Source of the DNA: Octopus vulgaris
Taxonomy: Eukaryota
Direction: 5' to 3'
Length of the DNA: 64,000 bases
Assembly (NCBI GenBank): GCA_951406725.2
Contig: OX597814.1
Location: 50,282,001-50,346,000, forward strand
Below the pieces are notes generated by a model, which saw nothing but the letters and a program-made list of their open reading frames with translations, had not been told where the DNA came from and did not search any database. Within the stretch, counting starts at the first letter, position 1. Each line of letters opens with the position of its first letter. Shown one piece after another: positions 52,400-64,000 of the stretch. The translations under genes and the position numbers were made by a program.

Positions 52400-53800
52400 A
52401 TGGTAATTACTTCATTACAAGTAAGCAACACTCGGTGATATCTAAGGCTCTGGTGGCTTCAGCTTGAAGTGTAGAAATTCTCAGGTAGGATTGTAATTTC
52501 TTAAATGCAAGAAAAGATTCTTGTGAGATGTGTTGAGCGCAGCTGAACTTTGATTTGTCCTATACTATATCTCGTATTTCTCTGTACATTGGATGATTAT
52601 CTCAATTTCCAAGGTGTCTGTCACCACAGTGTCGTTGTCTACCTATGCGGACACGATCTCCTAGCATCCCAGTTCAAGCGTGATCTCCTTGAATACGTTT
52701 AGATTTTGCAGCAGAAGCTCATTACCCAAAATTTAATAGAGCACTGAGTGGGCTCGCCTTTAAACCGGGCATCTGATAGTGACTGTAATGATAGGTGGTC
52801 TTTTTGACTGACCACAAGCAGAATCCGCTGAACATAGATATGATAAAAAACTTATAAAAACCAGGTTCAAATTGATAATAATCCCAACAGTTCAGGCTTG
52901 ATATCTACATTCTATCTAGTCAAAGATACATCTACTCGAAATCGTTCAGATTGGTGAGCTCCTGACAACACTACTTATTTCAGCAACCAGCAATTTCGTG
53001 AGCACCGTGACCTAAATCGTAAATCCTACAGTTAGCATTGTTGTTAACCTGAAATTGCCCCTATTTAATGTCTCCTTTCAGTAGTTTCACTACTTTCCGC
53101 TCTGCACAACTGGCGATGCTCCCAGTTCGCTACCAAGTGCGATACACGTTTGCTGAGACAGTAGAAAATATCTCTAGCATGTATGCAAAAGTTCTTAGGA
53201 CAGATCATCCAAACATGGTGTTTTCCTCTTCCACAAGCACTTCTGTACCTCAACTGCTGTTATTTAATTTCCCCAGCACAACATTTTTCGTAGTGAAAAT
53301 CACGTCAGGCCGTTCACGTAAGCACTAGAATGCATTATCTCCGGTTCTCTGTTTTCTGTAAATTGTCCGGAAAAGTACCGGTTAAAAACACACACACACT
53401 CCTTGATGGGATTGAATAGCAGGTATCTATTGTGGGCTCATCGGAAACCAGATTATCTCTATTTTACAGCTCTGTCATTTGACTCCGATGAACAGTTTCC
53501 CTTTCTTCGTGACTAAGAACGTTCATAAGCTCAAACAATGTACTTTTTGTTTGTAGGGCTTCACATTGGCTCATGAGTTCCTAACGCAAGCTTTCCATTT
53601 CTTTTGCTATACTTTCTTGCTAAATTTTGTCCATTCTGGTCTATTATCTGTCTTTAGAGTAACCCACATATAGCTGTTGATGATCTAATCAACTCATGCT
53701 TACCTAACCCTAACTGGGTAGATTTAATCCTTTGCTGCCGGACAGGCCACTAAGCATGTCTGTGTGTGCGAGCTAGTGTGTATGAATTTAAACCGGCTCG
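52400..53800 (-). mobile_element. Heavily decayed Tx1/L1-like LINE RT fragment
   Basis: Broken minus frames resemble GKTPCLDDL, GNFR..TML, LINL and SA*VDNDTVVTD (YADD-like); boundaries approximate. Confidence 0.55.
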
Positions 53801-54255
53801 ACCAAATGACGTGTCTCCTGACTACGATGACAACAGTTGCGCAAAAATATGTGCATATAAAGTAGCTAAGTTGTAAGTCGTTGACTCATCTACAAGTTAT
53901 CAAATTATTTGCAACTAGGGAGAAAATGTGTTCCCTTTTATCTGTTGAAGAGAGAAAAGTTGTCGCTTCAGACTTCAATGAGCATAGATATAGAGTTTTT
54001 TCATCTCTTTAAAGAGGCAAGGTGCTTAACAAGGTGCTTAGTGTATTTGTAAGTATTTTTACTTACACAATCTTGCTCTATGGTAATCGTAATAATAACA
54101 AAGAATTGCTAGTTTGAATTTCTTTGAAGGAGCAATTGCTCGCTGTGGAAACTCCTAAATAACAGGCTACTCGACCGGCCGAGATTACTTTTCCGGATCA
54201 TCACTTTTGAAAGACTACTCAGGTACGTGGGCATGCACACACATGCACACACAGG

Positions 54256-54344
<89 letters not shown>

Positions 54345-54365
54345 ATGTATATATATATATATATA

Positions 54366-54605
54366 AATGGGGAGAATTCACACAAAAAAACAAAAGACGA
54401 AGACAAGTGGAGTAGACAACAAACAGTGGTATTAGTTTAACGCTCGGGAAGGGAAAAAGTCTTTAACGTTTCGAGCCTACGCTCTTCCACAGGAAGGAAC
54501 ACACAAAGAAACAAAGAGAGAAAATAAAGAATGTGTAGTGGCTCGACAATAGGAAAAAGCAGAAAGTACAAAAAAGTTAAGAAAAGTTCAAAAGGTTCAT
54601 AGGCG
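54366..54605 (-). mobile_element. Solo pLTR-like fragment related to the 3' end of the 32747-35630 PLE, next to (TA)n
   Basis: Shares caaaagacgaag..aacaaaca..tattagt..cgctc.ggaa and aagtctttaacgtttcgagcctacgctcttc.acag. Confidence 0.8.
54461..54496 (-). ncRNA. Minimal hammerhead-like motif with CUGUGGA core
   Basis: Minus strand cttc-CTGTGGA-a-gagc-gtag-gctc-GAAA-cg-TT-aaag. Confidence 0.65.
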
Positions 54606-54615
54606 TGTGAGTGTG

Positions 54616-54710
<95 letters not shown>

Positions 54711-54949
54711 ATGTATGTATGTATGTATGTATGTATGTGTTCTATTGTACTGTTCCGTGGTGGTAAGATTGACAAAGAAGTACGCCATCTGGTGATAGAA
54801 ATATAATTTAATAAACACAATATATATGTCAGAAGATTGTGCTGAGACACCAGATGTGTTAACAATACTGTCTGGCATGTGTTCATCACATAAAACCAAT
54901 AGTTGCACATAAATGCGTATGTTGTGTTTATCAAATATATTTATAAGAA

Positions 54950-55315
54950 AAGAGATGACAAAGGAATAAGCGACTATCATATGAACTTCCATCAGCTTAC
55001 AGTTGTTTCCGCCATGAGGTGTGGCCGACTCATAGTTGAACGCTTCTCCTTTAATCTTATTCTAATTGTGGGTGGAGCCCTTTGGATTCCGTCTTCCACA
55101 TGTATGGTTTCCCACTGGCAATGCTTTTCTGTATCTTCTATATATGCTTACATGTATTTGTTTTTACCAAATAAATCGCACTTCAGTTTGAAGCTCTGAT
55201 GAAAGTAAGGGTTACTTAGAAACTCAACTATGTGTCCACCACATCTTATAGTGGAAGCAGTTGTAATTTAATGAACTTCGCAAGATAATCGTTTATTTCT
55301 TTGTCGTTTCATTTC
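54950..55315. mobile_element. Old head-to-head inverted pLTR pair with split hammerhead-like motif
   Basis: About 54950-55040 (minus) is homologous to about 55222-55315 (plus); agct-CTGATGA at 55192; GAAA-caactg-TA-agct on the minus arm. Confidence 0.6.
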
Positions 55316-55333
55316 ATATTACCGCTTTGTAGA

Positions 55334-55415
55334 AGAGGAAGAAGAAGAAGAAGAAGAAGAAGAAGAAGAAGAAGAAGAAGAAGAAGAAGAAGAAGAAGAA
55401 GAAGAAGAAGAAGAA
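55334..55415. repeat. (GAA)n microsatellite
   Basis: Seen directly. Confidence 0.95.
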
Positions 55416-55439
55416 GGTGGATGAGGATGAGGAGGAAAT

Positions 55440-56200
55440 TTTGGGCACAATTGTGACAGTTGAAATAGAAATCACATCGCATTCCTCATTTGCTACTGAG
55501 CCATGTCTCAACTTTACAGTCTGAATCTTTTCACACTGTAAAGGGTTAGTGGTAGGCAGGCGCAACGATATTCTCAACGAGTTCAACTGAGCAGTGACTT
55601 GTATATTTATGTCAAATATATGTTGCTGTTCGTAGGACGGTTCCGAACAGCAGCCATATGCATTGTCATTGTGGTCTATCACTTTTCTTTGTACAGGAAA
55701 TATACGCAGTCTTCATTTGTTCGATGGCGAAAGAAGTCGTGCGATATGCAAAACTGAAAGAGGTACTGTCCACTTTGATTAAGCCCATATCATCTTCTAA
55801 ATTATTATTTGGTGAGAAGAGAGCAAATAGAAAGGTTGATTTTACCATGCAGCAAATGTTGAAAGGTTGGCGAGAGTTGACCTTATCGAAAGCTTTAGAC
55901 TGAAGTAGTTTGATCAAAGGCCCATCGAAGTGAGTTTTCTCTACGATATGTTCTGCATGAGGTAGAGCTTATTCTGGGTAGATTTGTCTGGAAATTACAG
56001 GCGTAAATATAATCTTTTTCTAAGGTTTTCAGAAATTCGCTCCTATTTTTCGCAGGTCCAGCAACTACATAGCCGCTAACTCTTTACTTCATAATTGCTC
56101 TTGTTTACCCTTAATAAGGAACAACTGGTGTATATAACACAACACAACATATCAACTGAATACGAGGAATTTGAGAGGTTCACCTTTAATTCTTCTTTAG
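55440..56200 (-). mobile_element. Decayed Tx1/L1-like LINE RT fragment
   Basis: PDKSTQNKLYLMQNI..GPLIKLLQSKAFDKV resembles the RT motif PGRSIxDN..LDQSKAFDRV. Confidence 0.6.
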
Positions 56201-58357
56201 ATAAACTTCTAGTTAGAATGCCCTTGTTGCATGACTTTTTCGTTAGGCTAACGATTTAAGTCTCCCTAAAGTCGATAAAAGGTGGCTTAATGGTAAACAC
56301 TCTTCACATCTTCTCTTCCACAATGTATGCAAGTTTCTATCTCTCATTCTCTCAATTATGGATTCAGCTTTAGGCATCTCATTTTTTTCTTTTTTCAAGA
56401 AAAAATAATTTTTCAACATTTTCAAAATAAATCTTTTAACCTAGTTAAACGAGACAAAAAGGAAAGTGATCCCATTTTCACTCACCCCCATCTCCTTGGT
56501 CAGTTCCGTAACAAAACAAACAAAAGTAATGCAAATAGCAAATCCCTAATCGGACAACTTTTAAGAAAACTCATAATTATGAAAACATGCGGTATACAAA
56601 CAGCAACAAATAAATCCCCGTTGTCGTCGTAGTCATAGTCGTCGTCATCATCGTTGTTATTGTTGCTTTTGTTTTTGTTGATGTTTAGTTTTTTCTTCGC
56701 TATGAACGGTCATGTTTCCCAGAACTCTCTTTCAACGATATTTTCTACCTAGATTGTTTCATAAATAAATACTAGGGCGGAGGATTGCTTTTGGTATTAA
56801 ATGGCTTCTGAATACTTGAATGCTTATTCATTTCTTTGGGTAGAAAAGAAGGTCCAGCTTTAGGTATTTTTTATTGTATATACATACTTTAAAAATATTC
56901 ATTTTGGATTGATTTGTTCGAATAAAGCTACCTCTGTACTTGTTGGGGGAGAGAATAACCACGAATTTAGTGGTGTGTATAATCATGCAATAACTTTTGA
57001 ATACACATAGATAAGCCAAAACAGAAAACCCTATATACACAAAGAACAACAATTTCACAAGCAAACGCACAGAATTTAACACCAACAAGAAAACATAATT
57101 CTTAGAAGTTGGAAGAAAATATCAGACATCGAACAGCTTCAAACAAAAGAAGGTTGGAAGATATGTGCTACGAAAGAAAGCGAAAGTAATTTTCGTTTGT
57201 TTTTCAGACTGATGCCGTAGTACATGGGGAAAAGAAATACTAGGGTCACGGCCGAAGGTAATAGTATTGAAGGTGATTCGTGCCTTGCATCACATTTGTG
57301 GTGCATTGCGAGTAGAAACAGCTATGAGGCGATCCTTAACATGTAATTAGGTGGGGGTCTGTATAAACACTGGATTTTGATGAGACCCTAAAATCGCAAG
57401 GTTATACCGAAGCCTTAACTCATTGAAAGAGTGAAATGGAGATCCATCAAACTGGTGGAACAGGGTAGAATATCCACTTATTAAGGGCGCTGTAGTCATA
57501 TGAGGTCACTTGAAGGAGCACGCCAGAAAAGAGGATGAAAAGTAAAAAGTATAAGGTTAACAGTACACAGCAGATGCAGCAGTAACAATAACAGAAATTC
57601 CCAAGAGATGTAGACCAGAGTTTTTCCAACGGCTATTTCCAGAGCATCACGTGTCAGCTTTTGGAATGACCTGAGGTGAAGTAAGGGAAATTATCTTGAC
57701 CTGTGTATTACTAAGGGTTGATGACAAGCGAGAAGCCGAGTATAAGACCTACCACTGGCAATGATCAACGTTACTAACTTATCTGTTTGTAGAGATTGGG
57801 ATAGGATATAAATTGACAGCAATATGACTGTTTTAAATAGAGTAAGCCCAAACGAAAGACAATAAAGAAAGTGAATGTTTCTCTCTAAGAGTATGTCACC
57901 TTTTGAAGTACTGTTAAGTTCTGGAATGCCTGAATTGGGAGTTTTACCTATTGTTCTCAACAGAGAAGTTTGACGCTTTCCTTCCACTTTCTTGAATAAG
58001 TTGCTCGAGATTATAAACACTCTCTTCCTCGACAGACGTCGTTCATATTTGCTTCTTTTGCTGACACTGGTTCGTATTTTGTTCTTGCTGCTGTTGTTAG
58101 TGTTTTTACTTTTTTTTTTTTCTAAGCTAGCTATTACAACACAATTCTTTTTTTTTTTTTATCTTTTAAGCTGGACCGTAAATGTTTGTGCTTGAAAATT
58201 TGTCTGACTTTTAATCGTCATGTATGTTTTTGTTAATCTATGTACGTGTTCGAAATGTTTAGGGAACGTTTAAATTCTTTTCATTGTTGTTACTACCATA
58301 ATGGCGCGTGCCTCTTTTTACTATTATTGATGTGGCCATTTCGAAATGGGAACAAAG

Positions 58358-58396
<39 letters not shown>

Positions 58397-58418
58397 ATTT
58401 TTATATATATATATATAC

Positions 58419-58476
<58 letters not shown>

Positions 58477-59419
58477 TGTGTGTGTGTGTAAATATATTTG
58501 TCACTTGTACAAAATGAAAAAGAAGCAATTAAAAATGTTTTTATCGTTTAAACACGATAAAAATTCTGTGTCGAAGGGTGGGGAGATCTGAGAAATGCGA
58601 CTGTTTACGGAAATAATGAGGGGTGGAAGAGGAGAAGGAGATGGAGATGGAGGATGGTAAGAGGTATATGAAAAATGAATTAAGCAAGAAATACGCCATG
58701 CAACAGGCAGTATATATATAGGTTCAAATAGAGCATTGCTTTCAAAAAGATTTAGATTTTTGTATGTAAGAAAGAAACTCATGTTTAAGAATTTTCCTTC
58801 GTTTTCTTTTAAGTTATCATGTCGTTCTGTGTTTTGTCATTAAAAAAATTATAAATCTTTCAATTCATTTTGGTCTGGAAATAACTTCCACCGAAGTTGT
58901 CAATAAACGACATAGATGAAATTCATTTCCCCCTTCGTTAGCTACATTATATTTTGAATTAATTTTAATTAATAATAATATCAGGGTTATTTATCTTGCC
59001 TTTCGTGCCAAGAGTTGAACACTAAGCTAATTATTTCTTTTCACTGCGGGTGAAATCATTTTCTTTAATTAAACTTTCAGAGCTCATTGCATTAAGTAAG
59101 CACAGACCCTTACTATATTTGATTGCTTTCTTTCGCCTTTTCCATAAGAATTATATTACAGATAAATTTACAACGCCTCGGAAAGCGATATAAACTACAT
59201 AGAGTATTAGCATTCGCAAATGAAAGATAAGATTTTAATAATAGATGTTATTACTGTCGTATTTGTTTCCATGCTAGTATATGTTTATAATACAGACAAC
59301 TAGAAACAGTAGTTGTTAATTACAGGAAATTGCTGTGATTTGAGGGAGACGAGCAAAATCTGAAATACATAGCATATATTTAATAGGAACACAAAAAGGG
59401 AATAATAGCTACAATAACA

Positions 59420-59570
59420 TTGGTCTCAAATTTTGGCACGAGGCCAGAAATTTGGGGGGAGAGGATAAATCGATTATATTAACCCCAGTGCTTAACTGGG
59501 GCTTATTTTATTGACCCCAAAAGGATGGAAGACAATGTCGACCTCGGCGGATTTTGAACTCAGAACGTAA
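59420..59570 (-). mobile_element. Diverged SINE fragment (family of 36004/36346)
   Basis: ttattttattgaccccaaaaggatggaagacaatgtcgacctcggcggattttgaactcagaacgt. Confidence 0.8.
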
Positions 59571-62084
59571 ATAGCTACAGTAATATTATTTTTAAAATAT
59601 GTAAAACAACTAAAACAAGTTATAATATGAATTTCCAGAAAATACAGACAACAATTAAAGATAAAAAATTTTCGTCTTTAAACTAATAATTAGAAAAAAT
59701 CTGGAAGTGCTGTTGGGTGTAGAGCTTTAATTAACTGCAATGAAAACAATTAAAACAAAACAAATCAAGTTGACTCTTCAAATAAACTGAAATTAAAATT
59801 ACAAAAGCTCCAATAGAGTTATTTGTTAAGAATGAATACAAATACTTTTCTTGTGTTCAACCAGAACGGTCAATCGCAATTCAATGGCTAGATAGCTTCA
59901 CGTTCTCTTTCTTTCTCTCTGTCTGTCTGTCTCTCTCTCTCTGTCTCTCTCTCTGTCTCTCTGGCTCTGTCTCTCTCTCTGTCTCTCTCTGTCTCTCTCT
60001 CTCTCTCTCTCGCTCTCTCTCACACACACACTTTCTCTTTTTCTCTTTTTTCTCTTCTGAATGTAACCCTCTTTCTGTTTCTATCACTCTCACATCTAAG
60101 TGTTATTAGTTAGATTTTTTAAAATAATTCTAGTGACACCAGTCAAACATAAGCTCTATACTCTTCTCTTTCACACTACCACCTGAACACAGTTCTTTTT
60201 GGCGGACTTAGCTTTGTTATAAGTATTCCAGCTAGACACTGATGTGAAGACTTAACACTCCATCTGGTTTATGAGGAAAATCCCAACGCTCACCTGTCAT
60301 AAATGGAGCCAAATATTCGTCAAAGAAAATACTGTTGTCATTATACAGAAAATACATATTCTATAATGTAATTCTATTTGTAACATACCTAAAAAAATTA
60401 ACTAGATGATCATACGGAATATTATAGATCATAAGTTAGCTCGATGGCACCTGACGTGGGACTTAGAACAACAACACTGGATGTTTGGGTGACTTTGCAA
60501 GCATACCAACAAGACAATCTGTTCCATGTCCATCCATGGTTTTCTTGTGATTGTTCCGGTGCTCATTAGCAGTATCAGTCACACAGACTTGCACTTCAGT
60601 CCCTGGCTGATAAGCAAACTGTACGAACAAAGTCTTTTGTCACGCTGCTTTTCACTGCTCATACTCTGACGTAGTTCCCTGGCTTGCCAAGGGAATAGAC
60701 ACAAAAGGTTTCTCAAAGGTTTCCCCTTTGATAGGAGAGAAGCCTATCCCCGTAGGGAACAATTTAGGACGATCCCCAAGAAGCTAGGGCATAATTTCCT
60801 CCCAGCTTCGAAGGAAAGTGTGAAAAGTGTAGAGTAATGTACAGGATTTTGTGAGGCTCAGTTGCAACTTACTTCCTGCTGGGTAGCCTACAGGGTTGAA
60901 GTAGTAATAAACATTAGGTCATTAATTGGTCATCGCCATTGTCTTCCAGATTAAATTATATCAAAATACATCTTATTTCTCTCTCTCTCTCTCTGTTGCA
61001 TAAATCTAGCATTTTCTATTTCTAATCCATCCTTTCTATACCTGTTACATTCTATATTCTGCTTTTTGTAAAAAACATTGGGCATCTACGACGATATCAG
61101 TTCCTCAATTGAGGACAAGTATCCTAATTTATGTGATCTCCAGAGTTGCCTTCCTCGATGATTCGATATTCATCTTTTTCCTCTCTCCCGCTTCCCACAA
61201 CGACGCAGCTAGAACAGATACCAAATTGTTCGCTATTCTTTGCACCTGTTGGTATGCTCACCTACCAGCATCTTGGTGACACCAGAGATGGTCCAGTTTT
61301 TTGTAGTAACAAAGCTTTTACTCAGCTAACTCAGCTAAAATCGTACCGGTTCTAACTCAGCTTTTATTCAGCTAAAATCGTATCGCCTCCATCAGAGTTC
61401 GACCCCCACCTTATCAATGAAGAGCATCTCAAAATTTAGTGTTGAGATGTACTAAATTTTGAGATGCTCAAAATTTAGTACCTCTCAACACTAAATTTTT
61501 CATCACTTGTTTGTTCAAATTAGTCAACTACTATTAAACAGGTCGTCGAAACATTACTGAAGTTTCTATATTCCCCAAAGAAGCCAGATCCCATTACACC
61601 CAAGTCGCCAAATGATTCATAAGCAAGTGTACAGCATCACTACAGTTGAATATTATTGCCTGTAAACAGCACGTGTATGACGACCGGTCGCAAAGTAAAT
61701 AAATCCCATGCACCATATAGCATGTATGTATTTTCATCTCCCAATTTGCATCGCACATTATTCTTACTAAACTTTACTACAGAGCTAATTCCTATCATCA
61801 CCCAACTCTCTCAATTTCCGCTCTTGACAAGCACTCATCTCAACTTTTTCCATAGAAACATATTTCTGTTTATCGTCCTCAATAAGAGCAAACACTCTGA
61901 TCCAACCAGCTATTGAACTTTCCCCCTCACTACCAAAATCTAATAGTAAAAAAACAAAAACAATAGAAAGCAATTACTTCATTCGTCACTTAGAATCATT
62001 TATATCCTTAAATATTTCTATTTCAGTTTCTATGGTTTCCCTACAGTTAACGTACCAAATAATTTCTCCCTCACATCATGTACC

Positions 62085-62351
62085 TATTTCTTTACTACCC
62101 ACAAGGGGCTAAACACAGAGAGAACAAACAAGGACAGACAAACGGATTAAGTCGATTATATCGTCTCCAGTGCGGAACTGGTACTTATTTAATCGACCCC
62201 GAAAGGATGAAAGGCAAAGTCGACCTCGGCGGAATTTGAACTCAGAACGTAGCAGCAGTCGAAATATCGCTAAGCATTTCGCCCGGCGCGCTAACGTTTC
62301 TGCCAGCTCGCCGCCTTCCATCCAGCAGACGAAATACCGCTAAGCATTTCG
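62085..62351 (-). mobile_element. Full-length SINE (family of 36004-36235) with 17-bp TSD and an extra 5' SINE fragment
   Basis: Reverse complement of the 36004 copy; TSD ccctcacatcatgtacc at 62068-62084 and 62352-62368. Confidence 0.92.
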
Positions 62352-64000
62352 CCCTCACATCATGTACCATTGGCCTCGACCTTAAGAACTTTAGTGAAAT
62401 CAATGTTTTTGCTCTTGACAACCTCAGAGACTTGGAATGTGTCTTTTATTTATATTTAAAGTACTATGGGTTTATCCGCCCTCCAACTCTAGGATGCAAT
62501 ATTTCCTGTTAGATCACTCAATTGTAGCATATAGTAGCAAGTCTTTCTCTCTCCATTTAAAATTCTACTAACTCTATAGTTTGATTATTTTTACCCAAAT
62601 TTCACCTTATTGTCACTTTAAACAATAGTCGTCTCAATACTGATTATATTCCATTTTAATCTATTCAATTACAAACCATGCCAGTGGGGTAATTCTTTCA
62701 TGAATAGAGACCTTGATAATATACTCCAACAGAACCATAACAATGTTTCTTTCTCTGAACTACGATTAAAATCGTAATACATATTAAAGAAACAATATTC
62801 ACTATACTCTTCTTATGAAGAAACACCACACAGTTAGAATCCTCACAATTGTTACATATGAAAGGTCTCGCAGATTCATAATTTTTCAAGGAAAACCGAT
62901 AAGGTTACAAAAATTGAATCATAAATACTAGGATTTCTCTGTTTCTGCTCCCAACACTATAACTCAAAAACCCATAATTGAAAGACAAGAGAAAATACTT
63001 CCTGAACACTGTAGTGAACAAAAGCCTTTTTCAACGAAAATTACCCAGACTTCGCAGCTCCAGGTATTAGTCAAAAACATTAAAACATTAACATGAAGCA
63101 TATTGAATTAAATGTATTCTTTCATATCTTTTATCAATAATGTCACGAATTCCTTGTTCAAATAACTCCGAATGCTCTGTATCAGTTGCCCTGTAGCTTT
63201 CCAAGTCATCTGAAGAGTAAAATTTGAAACAATCCTGGCTGGTTCTACCACCAGAGCAGCCTGGCAAGAAGCTCCTTCTTTGGTTTGTACTGTTAGCTGC
63301 CAATTGTACGTATCATAGACAAAAGAAAAACAGGTTATTCTTCTTGCGTACACCCAATTAATTTATACACTCAGTTAATGTACAACACTTTCTCGTACTA
63401 TATTTCTCATACAAGAGCCTCCAAAATAACTCGGATCTTCTCTACGATAGCATATATTTCTTGGCTTCCATCACCGCATATTTCCAAAAAGGAACGTAAA
63501 AAAAAACATACAACTGAACAAAATAAAATATGTAATTTGGTCCTTATTTTAAAGACATGACTAAACAGAATACGAACATTGTACATTATGAGAGTAAGAA
63601 AAATAGGTAAAATCCATATTTACTGCACATTTTGCGTGTATGGACGACGATAAGCTATACAAGATTTAATACATTTATTCCATAATAAATTTGAGTCAAA
63701 CAATGCATACAATAACTTGTGGAGTAAAGAAATCCCCACTGAAATCTTATTTTAGGTGACTCCAGCCCCCAGACACAATGAAACAACCAACAAACTGCTT
63801 AGGCTCTAATATAATGCAATGGGTATCGTGTTAACGCATCGATTGAAATACAGAATGAGTGATAAAAACTAAATCGACGACCTCTATCAATTTCATTCAT
63901 GATACTTACAATTAAATATTCTCGACCTAAATTTCATTGCCCCATTATTCGTCTAGTATTCTCTATTTATTTCGGGCACTTCTCTTTCTCAAAGTTATTG

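Noticed and set aside
63204-63240. CTGAAGA...GAAA motif
   Set aside because: Stems II and III do not form; chance match
62698-63353. Short minus-strand ORFs as candidate host exons
   Set aside because: No recognisable domain or consistent splice frame; could be decayed TE; needs BLASTX and RNA-seq

Overview
AT-rich, microsatellite-dense eukaryotic non-coding DNA. The SINE families look like those of Octopus (cephalopod), recognised by eye rather than by database search. No host protein-coding exon could be supported, and nearly all ORFs in the track are translations of (TA)n, (CA)n or (TACA)n repeats. The only long intact ORF (33724-35616, minus) is a 5'-truncated Penelope-like retroelement (PLE) with reverse transcriptase and GIY-YIG endonuclease. 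The rest is a mosaic of decayed PLEs, R4/Dong-like RLE LINEs, Tx1/L1-like LINEs, mariner and pogo/Tigger remnants, and two abundant SINE families. The main hidden signal is about 14 minimal type I hammerhead-ribozyme (HHR) motifs from roughly 8 sequence families, several with family-specific changes in the catalytic core. They sit in short, mostly non-coding elements in or beside (TA)n tracts. At four loci they form head-to-head inverted pairs with both 3' ends facing outward, and a fifth PLE shows the same 5' inversion. Several further large fold-back elements without ribozymes (35680-35898, 44040-44550, 44675-45558) also adjoin TA-rich tracts.
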